Assembly: GCA_050084515.1 (NCBI GenBank)
Contig: CM114271.1
Span: 48,732,001 to 48,796,000 of the forward strand
Direction: 5' to 3'
Origin: Blasia pusilla
Lineage: Eukaryota
Length of the DNA: 64,000 nt
This document shows positions 17,370 through 31,264 of the stretch, piece by piece. The notes below the pieces were generated by a model. The model saw nothing but the letters and a program-made list of their open reading frames with translations. It did no database searches and was not told where the DNA came from. The first letter of the stretch is position 1, and every line of letters starts with the position of its first letter. The position numbers and the translations under genes were made by a program.

Positions 17370-17629
17370 GCCTTGGCTCTTCCCCCAAAAATAGCCTCCA
17401 AATGGTAACTTGCGTGCACAGGTGATCGGGTGAACGTTGACTAGGTCAATGGGTCACCTAACCAAAAATAGCAAAGAAGGGAAATCAGTAGAAAACACAT
17501 TCCCAACACAACGGATCCGTCGTCAATCTCATCTAACACCTCAGGATGAAGTTATATCCAAAGATTTTGCTGACCCTTTATGTCGTTGACACCGTAGAAC
17601 TCTACCTATTTGCCAACTAAGATGCGACA

Positions 17630-18112
17630 ATGTCCACTACCCTAACAAGTGCAATCTTGATGGCAATAAGCTCCACCACACGCCCGAAAAATTTCAGGTG
17701 GTTTTTTTGACCAACATAAGATGACATAGGTCTGTGTGGCACAAGCTTACAATTACCCTCTATCACTCGAGATGCCATACTCCTCTAAGGAATACCCATT
17801 GCTACACTTGTGTCACCTCTCTTGAATGGGACAAAGTTGCAACACTCTCCTCTACAATGTTGCACTCAATGCATTGAGCAGCTCAAAGACATCCCTTAAC
17901 ATGGGTGAGTTGCAATGTAGAGGAGTTGAATCCCTCACCCGTCTCCATAGGTCTTGCTCCAACATCCCATCCATGCTGGGACAATATGATGCTCTTTCAT
18001 CCCAAAGTAACACTAATCAACCAAGGTAGGCAAGTAAGTGCCTCTTATAAACTCTCACCTTTTCGCCTATGGAAGATATGGATGTTTTGCAACTTCTCGA
18101 TTTCTACCTCTT
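17630..18112 (-). pseudogene. Degraded gag fragment of the same Gypsy family
   Basis: Minus strand at about 18040-18110 reads EKLQNIHIFHRRKGESL*EA, homologous to copy 1 EKLRSIHDFHRRPGESLREA. Confidence 0.7.
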
Positions 18113-18116
18113 AGTA

Positions 18117-21100
18117 GGGTGGGGGCAAGACAAAGAGAGATAGCACCCATGGACTTCTTGGGACGTCCTCCGAGCGGAGAGTGCGAAGGCGTCTAGAGCA
18201 GCACATGTTCATTTTTTTGGATGTGGAGTATGGCGTAGGAGGTCAGAGTGGAGTGGCGGTTGCGGAGGTGGCTAGGGTTGCTACATAGAAACCAAAGGCT
18301 GAGGTTGCGTCCTCTCTGAGTGAGGTCACGATGGAGACTTAGGAGCCTATGATAGGTCTCAAGTTGATAGGAGGAGAGCAACGGCGAGTTCATAGGTTTT
18401 TGGAAGGGCATGTTAGTTGTTTTGCCTTCACTATGAGAGACTTGGGTACGTTGAAGGGTCCTGGGATACGGATTGAGTTGGCTAGTGATACGCCGATCTT
18501 TTGTCGATCCTATAGGTATTCTCGTATGGAGCGAGCCTTGATTCAGAGTAGGAGTCAGGACTTGTTGGAGGCAGGACTTGTGGAGTTATTGCATGGGGAG
18601 TATGCATGTGCCACAGTCATGCCGGCGAAGAAGAATATATACGGCAATCGGACGGATAGGCGGATGTGCGGGGATTATTGACCTATCAACCGACAGACAA
18701 AGTCGGATCGATATGCCATGCCTACTCTTGAGGAGATGTTTGATGCGGTAGGGCATGCAAAGATCTTCAGAACTTTAGATCTCCATGTTGGCTCTCATTA
18801 ACTTCCTATCAAGTTAGAGGACAGGGAGAAGACATAATTTTGGGGGATAGATCGGTTTGGGAGAGATTGTTTGTATTAGTGGTGGTTCTTACCATTTTGG
18901 TTGAAGAACGTGCCTACAGAGTTTCAGAGAGTGATGGATAGGATTCTGGCTGGCTTGGATTTTGTACGATGTTACATAAATGATATTCTTATCTTCAGTT
19001 CCAGGGTTGAGGAGCATGCGTATGAGTGACACCTCGAGGAGGTGTTTCGGTGATTGCAGTTACATGGACGGAAGTTCCATACAGGCAAGTGTAGATTCTT
19101 TCAAGACCAGATTGAGTACTTTAGACACACCATATACCCAAGTGGATTAGCTGTTTAGCAGACGAAGGTGGAGGCTATTGCGTAGATTCCATGCCCTACA
19201 GATGTGAGTCAAGTTCGAGCGTTTCTGGATTGACAAACTTCTATCGATGAAACGTCAAGGTTTTAATGCGATTCAAAGTCTTTGACATTCCTGACCCTAA
19301 ACTTGATCAGGTTTGGTTGTGGGGAGATGGTCAGGATCAAGCCTTTTAGGAGCTCAAGGATAGGTTGACATCCTCACCCATTTTACAGAGACCAATTAAG
19401 GGTCGCCCATTCCAGTTATATACGGATTGGAGAATGTTGGGTCTGAGAGCAGTGCTTACTCAAAGGGATGATGAGGAGAGGGAGTTCGTTGTGGCTTACG
19501 TAAGCCGATCGAACAAAATTGCAGAGGCAAAGTACAACTCCTATGAGGGAGAGTGCTTGGCTGCAATGTGGGCTGTGGCACATTTCAGGTGCTATCTATT
19601 CGGCAACCCTTTCACACTTATCACTGATCATCAGCCGTTGAGGTGGTTGATGGAGTTTGACAAGCTTATGGGAAGGCTTGCTAGGTTGGGCTCAATTACT
19701 ACAGGAGTATGAGTTTGAGGTGGCTCACAGGCCAGGACAGGTGAACCAAGATGTGGATGGGTTGAGTCGTAACCCATGTCAGAGAGATGACAAAGGAGCT
19801 CGATAGCACGGAGACAGTGATGAGTAGATGGTGCCCGATTGGCATGCATCTGCCTATCTTTGTTGGTTGATTATGGCAGGTCAACCGTTGGTGGTGACTC
19901 TAGTGGTGGGGTTGGATGATAAGTCTTTGCATCCAGAGGTCAATGAGGAGACGACAGGTGATCGTGATATCCATGACAACATGGAGGTTGTGGAGTTCTT
20001 GCGTACTGGCATCATAGCGAGCACAGTGAGTGCTAGGGAGCGGGATCGGATCCTACAGAGAGCGAGGAGGTTTAGGTGGGAGGGGACTCACATTTTGCGA
20101 GTATGGGGAGATTGTAGGATACGAGTGGTATCTAATCCTTCCCAGAAAGCACATGTAGTGCGACATGCCCATGAGGAGTTGGGGCATTTTTGAGTAAAGC
20201 GTACTTACAACTTACTCTAGGTTCAGTATTGGTGGCGCGGCATGCATACCGAGATACAATAGTTTGTGGCCAGATGTATGGTATGTGACCAAGTGCTAGC
20301 ATCCTTCAATGCTCCCACTCCGTAGTTACATCCTTTGTTGATTACGAGTTTAGGTTATCAGTGAGTTTAGACTTTGCGAGAGCTTCGCCATTGACGGGGC
20401 GTCATCACAAGTACGTGTTGGTTATGGTGGAGCATTTCTCCAAGTGGATAGAGTTGGTGGCACTATCGGACAAGGCAAGCAAGGGAACACCTTATGCATT
20501 TCTAGATTGTGTGCTTAGTCACTTTGGTGCACCGGCAGAGATGTTGACTGACCAGGGTACCGAGTTCAAGAGAGAGTTTCAGGCCTTGTGTAACCAGGGG
20601 CTAATAGATCACCGCACCACATCCAGATATCATCCTGAGGTGAATGGGTTGACGGAGAGAGAGTAGTACACATGGTGAAGAGAGGATTGGGCAAGTATGG
20701 CTATACAGCGGGGACAATTGAGGGAGTGGGATCTACAGTTGCCATGGTTGGCTATGGGTTATGGCTTTAGTCGGCAGGCATCCTTGGTGTCATTTTTATC
20801 ATTCTCTTTGCTCTTTGGGAGAGAGCAAGATTTACCTACAACTATTCAACGTGACATGGCAGAGGTGTTAGATCTTGATGATCCAGATATATGGGTACAA
20901 GCGTGTTCTCAAAGGGCGGAGACTTTTGTAGACTTATGCCCATGGCCTTTGAGAATGTAGCTATTGCTCAGCATAGGGATACATTGAGGTATGTGACCAT
21001 TCGTGGAGGAGGTTATCTTCAAGCTTCAATTTGTACGTGCACTTCGAATAATACCCCGGGCCTGCGTGTAGCACCCACGTTTGAACAGGTTTTTCGTAGT

Positions 21101-21884
21101 GAGAGATGAAGACCTCACCCTCGGTTTTCCGATACGCCTTGACTTTCGGAGAAATCACATCAGCGAGTGAGTGCGCTTGTTTGATGAAGACCCCTCCTGC
21201 ATGCTCCAGCACCAAAACCTCCCTTGACCGTCTAGGGATTAGAAGGTTTCATCCCAGAGATTACGTGTATTTATAAAATGCGGCACCCACGACGCTAGAT
21301 GGCACTACACGGTGCACGATCCAACATGTGCGCGAGATTTTACCGACCAGAGTCCTCATGTTGGAGGGACGGGATGGTATGGTTTGGAAGGATCATGTGC
21401 GCAACTGTGCGCCATGTCACCTTCCCAACATGAATGGGATAGTGGATCAGAGCTTGGCAGTGGTACCTACACGCTAGCTTGAGGTGTATGTTGTGTGGAT
21501 ATGCGAGGGATGCAGCCACCATGTTGGTCTATGATGGTTGTTCTCGAGGGTGGCATATGTCATGTCTGACCCCCCCCCTCTTGATGTAGTTCCCACGTGA
21601 CGATGGATATGTCCGAGATGTGTATAGTGTAGTAGGTCATGTCAGGGAGATGTGATATTTTCTATATAGAGTTGGGGGGATCCAACTGCCAACTAGGGGG
21701 ACGGTTGTGTGATCTCGATGTATATGTATGAGTTGATTTCTGTACATGTGTGGATCTATCCGTGTGTGGGGATGTGATCAACGATGTATGTTGTGTAGTG
21801 ATGTGTATGCGCACGACAATTGTCACATGTGAGTAGCCGATAGGCCGAGATCTATCGTGGATAGGGCATAGGAGGCTGCAGACT
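18117..21884 (+). mobile_element. Truncated, decayed copy 2 of the family: RT, RNaseH, integrase, PHD, B1 (about 21705-21818) and the start of A2 (21821-21884)
   Basis: RRMCGDY, CYINDILIF, LYTDWRMLGL, HAHEELGHF, LTDQGTEF, PHD remnant about 21480-21625, then CTAGGGGGACG and the junction GCACGACA-AT-TGTCACAT. Confidence 0.92.
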
Positions 21885-24800
21885 TCTCCTAGACAAGGTT
21901 AGCGTGGCGCAAAAATCTTTCTTGTGAATGTGCATGATAAGAGTATGTATAGAATTGTATGTCAAACTCCTAAAAAATTTCCAACATAGTGTCCTAGCGC
22001 TTGCCTCTATAAGTAACCTTATAATGTTTGGAAGATGACACCAAAGAAAATTAAAATCCTAAGGAAAAAAAGTACCGACCTAAGAGATAACTACACAAAA
22101 TCCCCTTAGCTTACTCACTCTTCATTTGAGAGCTCCTCAAAAATTTTTTATGGCTTTCCCCACCCTATGGTTGGAATCTTTGGCAAGAGTGATTGAATGA
22201 CCACCAAAGACTCAACTTATTGTTCGGAAAGGGGAATAGAAGATTGGCAAACGCTCATGTGCATCTCACAATTTTCCTTTATCCTCTTGGAAAATGCCAA
22301 TCTCTACATTCCAAGCAAGGGATGTTACTTCCTCTTTGTATAACCAAACGCACACCAATGAGGAAAATCATAACTCTAGTGGTTTATATTCGGATAGAAA
22401 TACGTTGGAGTTTCATGAGCGACTAAGACCAAGGCATTAGTTACAGAAAAATGATGCGAGCCTAAATAGGCTTCTTGAATAAAAATAGATTTTTACTCAA
22501 GTAAACATTATCAAATGCAAGTTGGAACTTGAGAAAAGCTCAAGTTAGAGAAGACTCCAAGGAGGTTCCAACCTAGCTTCAGAACTGAGTGATCATTTAA
22601 TGGCTCTCCAAATTTGAGTTCATGGAGGGTAGACCCAAGATTATTTAGGTATGAATAAAGTGGCATTGGAAAGCTTAAGATAATTTGATTCCAATATACC
22701 AAGACATCACCCTTGCAAACGAGTCTACAGCAAACTACAAATTACCATCAAGCAAGCCCACCTCTTGGATGATGACCCTAGACAAATTGGGGCTATAGAA
22801 CCCAATTTGTGTGAGCTTAATGACAGGCCAAGAGTAGCGGATCTATAAAAGTCTCGTCGAAAAATCATGGCTCCAAGAGATGCAACCTTTTAGGGATCAC
22901 CTCCCGTTGATGTGTATGAATGCTTTAATAGTCATGATATCTACAAGACCACGTCAACATTGGAACTAATGCTTATCAAATTTACACTATAGCTTGTTTC
23001 ACACTAAAATTCTTACACATTGTATGCATGACATGGGATTGTTACAACACATAGGAGCATATGATGCACTTAATCTCCTAACTTCTCAATTCCATGTTAT
23101 AATCATCAAGTGGACCCACTACAAAGCCTAGAAAATTAGAAATGCCTATTTTCAAAATTCTCTCCATACTAGGAATATATTTTTATTGATGATGACTCAA
23201 GTATATGAGATAAGAGACTAGATTTTAGAATACATTTTAGAGGTGGGACTATGCTTTGATATGATGTGTTGTAAATATTTTGTTAATGAAAGTGCACAAT
23301 TTTCCTATCTAGATTTGGTTTTCATTGTTTGTTTGATTGCCTCTTTTTAATTGTGGATTCTTTGGTTGTGCAACGATTTAGATGAGCTTAATAAAGACAC
23401 TTGGGACTTTGTTCACCCTTGAAACATGATGGTGGCCACTTTAGCAAGAGAACATAAGATGAACGTAGATTGTGGACACAAGATCATGATGAGTCTTGTT
23501 CTATGAAGGATAGGATTGCATTTGTAACAATATGACACAAAAAATTACTTACTTTGCTGCCATGGTTTAGAGTGGTGGAGAACATACATGTGCTTAACTT
23601 GGACTCCGACACTTTTCTCTCTATTGTTTTAGAATGTTAATGGTATAGGATACTATCATGTGGTTTGGATCCTTCTATCGTGTTTGACAAGTGTGGGCAT
23701 GAAAATAATTACGTACATCTAAACTCATGCATATCAAGCCAATGGTCGTGAGGAGATGAGCCTTTCATATTTCTATCTTAGGTGAAGCAATTCTCTTGCT
23801 TTCACCATCCCTTGGTTAACCAAGGGATGGTGAAAGCAAGACACTTTATAGACGGAGATTTGTAATTCCGTATACCCTACACAATTATTATAGGATATAA
23901 TACCCATTTAGAGGTTGTCTCTATGAAGGAAATGGATGGTTCCTCAGTGAAGTGGCTCACATCTATTTATCAATTTTGCAACTTACATTTTAAAAGTTAA
24001 TGTGCTTCAAAGTCCATTAAAAAATGTCTCCAAAAATGTCTCGGACCAATTGTTATATGAATAATTTTTACGAGTGCATTGATGGTCTTTCCACATCTTG
24101 TGGATGATTTTTTGGTGGATTGTTAATACTCCCAGGTGAGTGTAATATTTAGTTCTTAGAAGATAAATGAACAGAACAATTACCTTCAAAGAGTCTTTGC
24201 GATGGCCTCAACTAAAACACCCGTGACGTGAGTAATAACCACTTCTTTTTCTTAAACGAAAAGAGGATAAGACGAGTTCTAATCATTTGTTGCTATTCGA
24301 AGAGGTCTTGACAGGCGTGTTTAGGGTAATCTTGAACATGGTCATTTTTAATGGATTCTACTAAAAACCAACCTTTTGACATATTTCAGACGCATGATTT
24401 ATACCTTAGAGGGTACCTTCACGTCCAAGACATGTTGCAGGTTTCTTCCTCTGCAGGAAACAAGTTCTTTTCCGTTTCTTTTAATATGGGCAATTACGAC
24501 ACCTTTCTATGGGAAATTTGAAAGTAAAACTTTCTACTCTACTTGACAGATCGACTTATTGTTTCAAAAACTTTTTGACAACTACCTTGAAGACTTCATG
24601 CATCGACGAAGCATTTTCAACCAGTGATTATTTAGCAAACTCAACCTAACTAAAGTAGAGTAGATTAATTTGCTATGGTCAATAGTTTTGTTTCACACCC
24701 CATCCTATGAAAACTAAGATGTCAACATGGTTCTTCAAATCAATGGTAATAATGTTACTTCTAATTTTCCACCCTTCAATTAAATCCATGAGGTGAAAAC

Positions 24801-25851
24801 CCGGTATGGTTTGGAGATACCCTTCTATCATGGGAAGGTGTTGAGATGTAACCAATGGGATGCAGAAATTTTTGGCACCATAGTGGAGAGACCCTTAGTC
24901 AACCAAAGTGGATGTCCGCCAAGATCCTAATCCACAAGTTCTAAGCTCACTCTAAACAACTTGCTATCCTTGTTTATTTTGACTTAGAATTCTATCCTTC
25001 TGATTTTGACTACACATGAGGTTGAGTTTTAGTGACAAAGAGGAAATATGGCTCATAAGAAGTGACTAAAGAACTTGACAATTGCTAATGATTCTTTGTT
25101 TCTCCATCAATTATACTTATCCACATCTACTACTATGCACAAGATGATGATGAGAAGGAAGTGTTTGAAAAGCCTTGCCAAGCCCAGATTGGAAGTCAGC
25201 ACTCTCATACCATTTCTTCATCTCCAGGGGGGTTCCAAGTGTTGGCTCCCCTAGAGCTTTCACCAGTCTCTCCTGTTTCTTTTAGAAAATCTAAAAAGAT
25301 CTGCCTATAAAGACAAAGGAACGAAGGCATGTGAAGATTGCACAAAGTCAGAAATTCAGCGAAAGGATGGGTATGGACTAGTGATAACATGTGGAGATGG
25401 AACTAAGATGGATAGAAAGCCTCGGTATGGATGGCATTCAAATCAAAACCAAGTCTTCGTAACCCTAGTCATATAGGCACTGCCTGAAGCATGATGGTCT
25501 TGGGACTTGTGTAGTCAGTTCCAAACATGATAGTTTGAAACCAAGCTTCACTACAATGAACGAGAATCAATCGCTACAATTCCCAATAGACCTTATGATG
25601 GATGAGGCCCTCATGTTTGATATCCCCCAAGGGAGGAGGGAAACTTGAAAATTACTGGCTAAGTGGAACTGTGTGTAACAGAATTCCCAACATCCAAAGC
25701 AGGACTAAATAACATTGTAAGCGATAATTCTCACAACTCTACATCAGATTTCATAACTACAACACTATCTACCCACATCTATTTTGTTATCACGACTCTA
25801 TCTTACCGATATTTGCTTCATCCTCTCCTCCTCCAGTTTTGACTATTCATG

Positions 25852-26163
25852 CCATCACAACAAGAGAAGGCACAACGACTAATTAGATTGGAGGGCATTA
25901 TAAGGACCAGAAAAAAAACCATCACACACACACACAAAAGCATTCTCAAACATCAAGTTTTGAGGTGGATCCCATCACAAAAAGAAAAGGCACAACTACT
26001 AATTAGATAGAGGGCATTATAAGGACCATAAAAAAAACCATCATTCAAAGGATCACACACACATACACAAAGCAGATGCCATCATACTGTGTTTAGTATG
26101 ATCGCATCTGCTTTGTGTGTGTCTATGTGTCCTTATTCTCAAACATCAAGTTTTGAGGTGGAT
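25852..26163. repeat. Local duplications at the 3' end of the sulfate permease gene
   Basis: About 70-bp unit at about 25852-25924 and 25972-26044; ATTCTCAAACATCAAGTTTTGAGGTGGAT at about 25941-25970 and 26135-26163 (includes the stop codon). Confidence 0.8.
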
Positions 26164-29100
26164 GTCGATTCTCTTTGCACCTTGACGACAAGTGTAATTA
26201 GTGCAAAGACGGACAGAAGCAAAGCAGCTGAGAATGCTCCTTGTGTATTGTACTCCTGCAGTGTGTCATATCATATGTCAGTTCTCTACTGTCCTGAACA
26301 CACAAAATATTCTAAGTGAGAAAAAATTATGCCATATCTGCAACTTTGCGAAGGAGTGTGATGATTGTTTGCTTCATGTGCAGGATGAAGTGCACATGGC
26401 TGATCTGCAGATCTAAGAGTGTTGTACCTTGTAAGCTGCTTCCACGAATAGTGTGAGGGTCTGGGTCTGTCCAACGATGTTGCCTGATATGACGGATACT
26501 GCTCCAAATTCTCCCATGGCCCTCTGAGCACCTCATTCAAATTGTAAGTGCAACCTTAGAGAGGTGCAACTAAGTGAGCTTGTAACACTTGTTTTCTGAG
26601 CAACTGAACGAGGGCTATGAAAGTAGCAACAACTATCAGAGGACGAATAAGCCGGAGGACGGCAATAGAAAACAATGGTGAAGGGGCTTCACTTTTTATC
26701 AATATTGGCTGGTGATTAACCGAGCTTATCACTAAAGAGTCACACTAACGAAAATAGTTTCCATCAGGTCACTGATTCTGCTGGAAACCTGATGATCTGT
26801 CAAATTGAGTTGAAATGGAGGATGCTGTTACTTACAGCATTGCAAAGAGTTATGCCATAAAGTAAGCCAAGTCGTATGTTGGGAAGCGTAACCTGCCAAA
26901 ACACCTGCATAGCCAGAATCAGCCAACACTAACAGCTACATGCCGAGTTAAGTGTAGAGTGATGGCTATATGCACTTTTAATTGAATGGCTGAAACGTTT
27001 TATTGGGTAAGAAGATTCTGCAGAGAAATTTGGAGCTTACTACACATTAAATGTGACTGTTGGTCCAGTTCAAATATTGAATCAAAGAGACTAGCAAGAC
27101 TGTGTTGGTGAATACAGAATTCTGGCAAGGGCAGATGTTTCAGGTCTTTTGCGTGTGTTTGCTTAGCTGTGATTTGGTTATTGTCTAAAGGATGCCCAAC
27201 AATTAGAAATGGTTGACTATTGACTTACTTCCCAATCATTGGCACCCATAGTGCGGGCAGCTTCCTCCTCAAAAATATCCATTTCCATCAACACCTGCAA
27301 GGAAGATCTGGGTTCAGTTTCAACCTGGATATGATAGCAGCGCCTACTCCAAAGAGTTATAGTACAATCAAATGTCTTCTAGTGCTTATATCGAATCATT
27401 GATTTCAGTTTACCAGCTCTGCACAAGTGACAGTTTCATGGAATGCAGACGTACAGGAATGACCTCCCGAACAACATATGGGAGGGTGACAAAGCATGTC
27501 GCGAGTAGCATTCCTGCATCACATTCGAGGTGAATTAGCAAGGGTTTGCCACATGAATGTGTTGCTCGATTGGTTGTATTACTTATACACTTAGGACATT
27601 GTATACTCTACTCTGCCATGGAAGAATAACCCAAGAGTTTTTCAGGTTGATCATCTCTGAGATTGGAACGTTTACCAGCATCTCAAGGAGAAGACATTGA
27701 AGAGGTGGAAAGGAACTGCAGTGAAGAATACACAGTCCACACCCGTTGGAGTTGTCCAAAGTGACTTTTTTAATTACAAAATGGATAGAGTTATCAAATA
27801 AACTTTTCCAGGGTTTCTTGCATGATTGCAACATATGTAAGCCCATAATTTATGGATATACCCCTATAAATAAACTGGAAGTAGACGACCCATGCTCAGG
27901 AACCCTGAACACTGTCTCTTGTAGGTTCATTGGGTTAGTGGGAATGAGAGCAATACCCGGAAGTGCAAAAACAATCTCAATGTTCCAGCGCCGCAGAAAG
28001 GGTGCAAACACACCCTACACACGTCAATAACAATAAAAAATTGAGTGTAGAGGACAAGACTCCTGATCCCCAAAACTAAAATCAACCTGTGGTATGGTGG
28101 ACTCAATATCTACTGAGTAGCAGTCTTGAAGTTCCAAAGCCTCAGACGGCTTTCCAATTACATGGCTGCCACATCTGGTCTTTCATTAAACATAATCAGC
28201 AGTCGCTGAACAATACTCATCTTGGAAACTGACTACAAAAAGAAATTTCTGGGAGGTAGACGTTCTAACTCACCTGACGACCGTAAAGAAGCATGAGCAT
28301 GAGCCCTACAACAACTGGAGATATGCTGAATGGTAGATCTATGAAACTTAATAGCAGAGCCTGCACCAAGTGAGAAACTGCTAAATTTGAGTCCCAAGTG
28401 CTCATTCCTGCTTCACAACAGAAGTGAAGTTGACTCACAATTTTGTTCATGCATGGATGAAAAAATATATTCTGCTTTGTATCCTCGTAGCTGGAGTGAC
28501 AAAAGCAGCTTGTTCATGCCTCACCTTGCCAGGAAAATCATTTCGTGTGACCCAAAGAGAGATGATGAGTCCAAATAAGGTGTTCATAGGAACCACAATG
28601 CCAGCTACCGTGAGGGTCATCCTGACCTGAAGCACATGTTGATGAAGAATGACAAACCACATAAGAAGGCATTTTCTTTGAAAGAAGCCTGCATGTCTTG
28701 CAGCAAATTTCTACCAGGTGTCTCTTCCAACATCCTCTAGGAGGTCAGCATATTTGCGAGACCCAGACCATCATGCCCACAGATTTTCATTGTTCAGATT
28801 CAAAACTTCAGAATACAAGTGCGTTCCAGAAATCAGTAATAGTATCCCAGGCTAAGAGGGTGGCAAAAGAGCAAATCTTGTCGGTTCCAATAATGCAGGT
28901 AGCCATTCTATCGCTAGGATCTCTAACTGTATAAGGCATCCAAGTACCCATCTGAAGAAGTGTACAGATTTTCTTCATGCACAAGAGGTCAGAAGTTTTA
29001 CCGCACTCTGGAAGGCAGGGTCCAGAAGATTGTGAATGAATGGCTGAACCCCAAACGAAAACGCCTGCAAATGCAAAGAATTCATACCGATGAATATTTA

Positions 29101-30083
29101 TTGGAGAAACAACATTATGAAGGCACATAATTAGCCCTGAGTTAAAGTGCATGTTGCACTCGGCTCTGATCAGGGCATTGTCCTCGGTTTGATTGTTACG
29201 TTGCTAGTTCACATGAGGCTGGCATGAAGACTCACCTGGTAAAACACATTCAAGAATGGGATGATCACTATGAGAGTCATATACGCAGTTGCAACCCCGA
29301 TCAGAAGAAACTGCAAGGGTTTTGTTGGCTGCAACACATCATAACGAAATTGGGAGATTCTTAGATAAGATTTGGTCATGCTCCTCCATTTCAGACTCAT
29401 TGCGGATTCGTTTCAGAAGAGTCAGAAAGAATGTACAGATGCTTCACATTCTCCCAATCCATGGTTCTGTCCACGGCCCAAGCTGATGAGAGGAGCTAAG
29501 ATCCGACAGCAGTATAGGATATATGGTGTTCAGAATGAGCTAGGAGGTCCAAGGAGAGCACATATAGTAGTTGGGCAGTGAAAGATTCAAGCATTGTGCA
29601 TTTTGATAACTCTTCACACCAGAGAGATAGTTCAAGTATTAGTGCACCCAAATACACCTGCACGAACGCAACAAACAATGACTTCAAAACACAGTGTGAA
29701 GGAAACGATGAAATCTCAAAGCATCGGTGGGAGGATACCACAACGCCTCCGGAAGGGCTCTTGCGAATGGCTGTTCCTGCAGGTCCACCCGCTCTCGCCA
29801 CACCTCCCTTCCCCTTCCGTTCATCTCTCTCCACATGTGTTGTGCTGCAAATGCGCTGTTCGATAGTGGCAGCACCCCAAAAGGACGACTGCGATTCTTG
29901 TGCAAGGTTGCTTGCCACTATATTGGATCCTCCACGAGAGCAAGCATTTCGACAAAGTAAGGTTATCGGAGAGGGAGGTGTATGGGAAGACCAACAAGCC
30001 AGAAATGTAGGGGATTTGTATGAATACTGTTTGGAAGTAAGCCCAGAGCCCAGAGCTGCAGCAGCCCTGAGCTGTCCTGCCAT
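26139..30083 (-). CDS. cysW: Nuclear-encoded plastid sulfate ABC transporter permease, CysW/SulP2 type; multi-exon with N-terminal transit peptide
   Basis: In-phase GT-AG exons 29328-29236, 29064-29002, 28626-28525, 28360-28274, 28014-27957, 27513-27455, 27294-27229, 26904-26836, 26523-26428, 26255-26139 give [32 protein letters not shown] (EAA loop), [18 protein letters not shown]; the first exon(s), ATG 30083 to about 29739 and about 29482-29440, are less certain. Confidence 0.93.
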
Positions 30084-31264
30084 TTCACCTCTAGAAACTG
30101 AGTCCCTGTCCGTCACCTTCACCGAATTTGTGCTCAGCGTGAAGTTCTGCTATCCATTTTCCTGCAGTTCACAAGCCCTACAATCTCCCAGGCTCCTAAC
30201 ATCCGACTACTCAAGGGGCTTTCGCCATCCGAAATACGATCAATGTCTGCGACATCGAGGTAGGGGAGATAGTGGTTGCGAGAAAACACAAACAACTGGG
30301 ACAATGAAACCTGCCCTACCCTACCCGTGCCCAACCCACTGGTTCGCAATAGTCCAGTTTCAGGCTGGCGAAAAAGCTATGGTTGTAACTCACAAGTTGA
30401 ACTGACAGATATCAGCAAGAATAGTGAATTGACTGGGCGGAATCGTCTACATATGCACTTCCAACTTTCGGAGTTGCTTCGAAATTCGTAATTTTATCAT
30501 TGGTTGGGCATGCGTTGCTGCCAAATTCTTCTGTCGCGTCCGTCCTACGTGCTCTATTTGTCCTGTAGTCGACGACTGGACATTCAGCTCAGAATCTCGG
30601 GTGCAGCTGCATTTCCATGACCAGAAACCTGGAACCAACCGAGACACGCTACGCTGTTCCCAGAGGCCCACCAGAGATTAGGCAAGGAATGCCACGTCAT
30701 CCAGTTTGATAAACCCTTTGACATTCCCATTGTGCATACTCTAGGGTTCTTTCTTTCTGACAAGTGTTTTGGATTTTCGTTCGAAGAACACTACTGCAGC
30801 AAATCAGGCCCTGCATGGCTGCTGGCGAAGCTTTAGCTAACTAAAGCCTCGAACGCTTGAACACCAACCGACACTTGACTGAGATTGTGGAGCTGCAGCG
30901 AGTGCTGTCAGTCTGTGATGGGAGTATCAGTTGCTGAGAGAGTGCATTCGGTTCGTGATGAGAGAAAGCAAAGGATTAGTGTACGGGACTGTTGAGATCT
31001 ATCAACAAACTCAGGAGTTGCAGCTAGCCAGGTAGAATTTTCCAGGGTTATGGTGTGGGTTGCACGATGAGGTTATGATCACTCGGAGGAGACGGAGAGC
31101 CCGTGAGATGTAGGGCCCGTGAGACGTTTCAACAAGCTGAGGGATGGCAGTGAGCTGTGTAGAGCTGTCCAAGGTGTGTGTGGTGTGGCCCGCAAGATCA
31201 GGTTTATGGACAGTCAGAGGAGGAGAGTAGAGAAAGTGAGTTGCCCAGTGAGTGAGGAGTGGCG
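30084..31264. promoter_or_regulatory. Short divergent intergenic region, probable bidirectional promoter and 5' UTRs
   Basis: About 1.18 kb between opposed start codons with no recognisable TE; contains GCCACGTCA (G-box/CRE-like) near 30691. Confidence 0.45.

Noticed and set aside
21900-25850. Possible genes or TE remnants in AT-rich DNA
   Set aside because: No motifs, termini or consistent exons that I can support
29578-30405. 275-aa plus-strand ORF
   Set aside because: Antisense to the first exon of the sulfate permease; no recognisable domain
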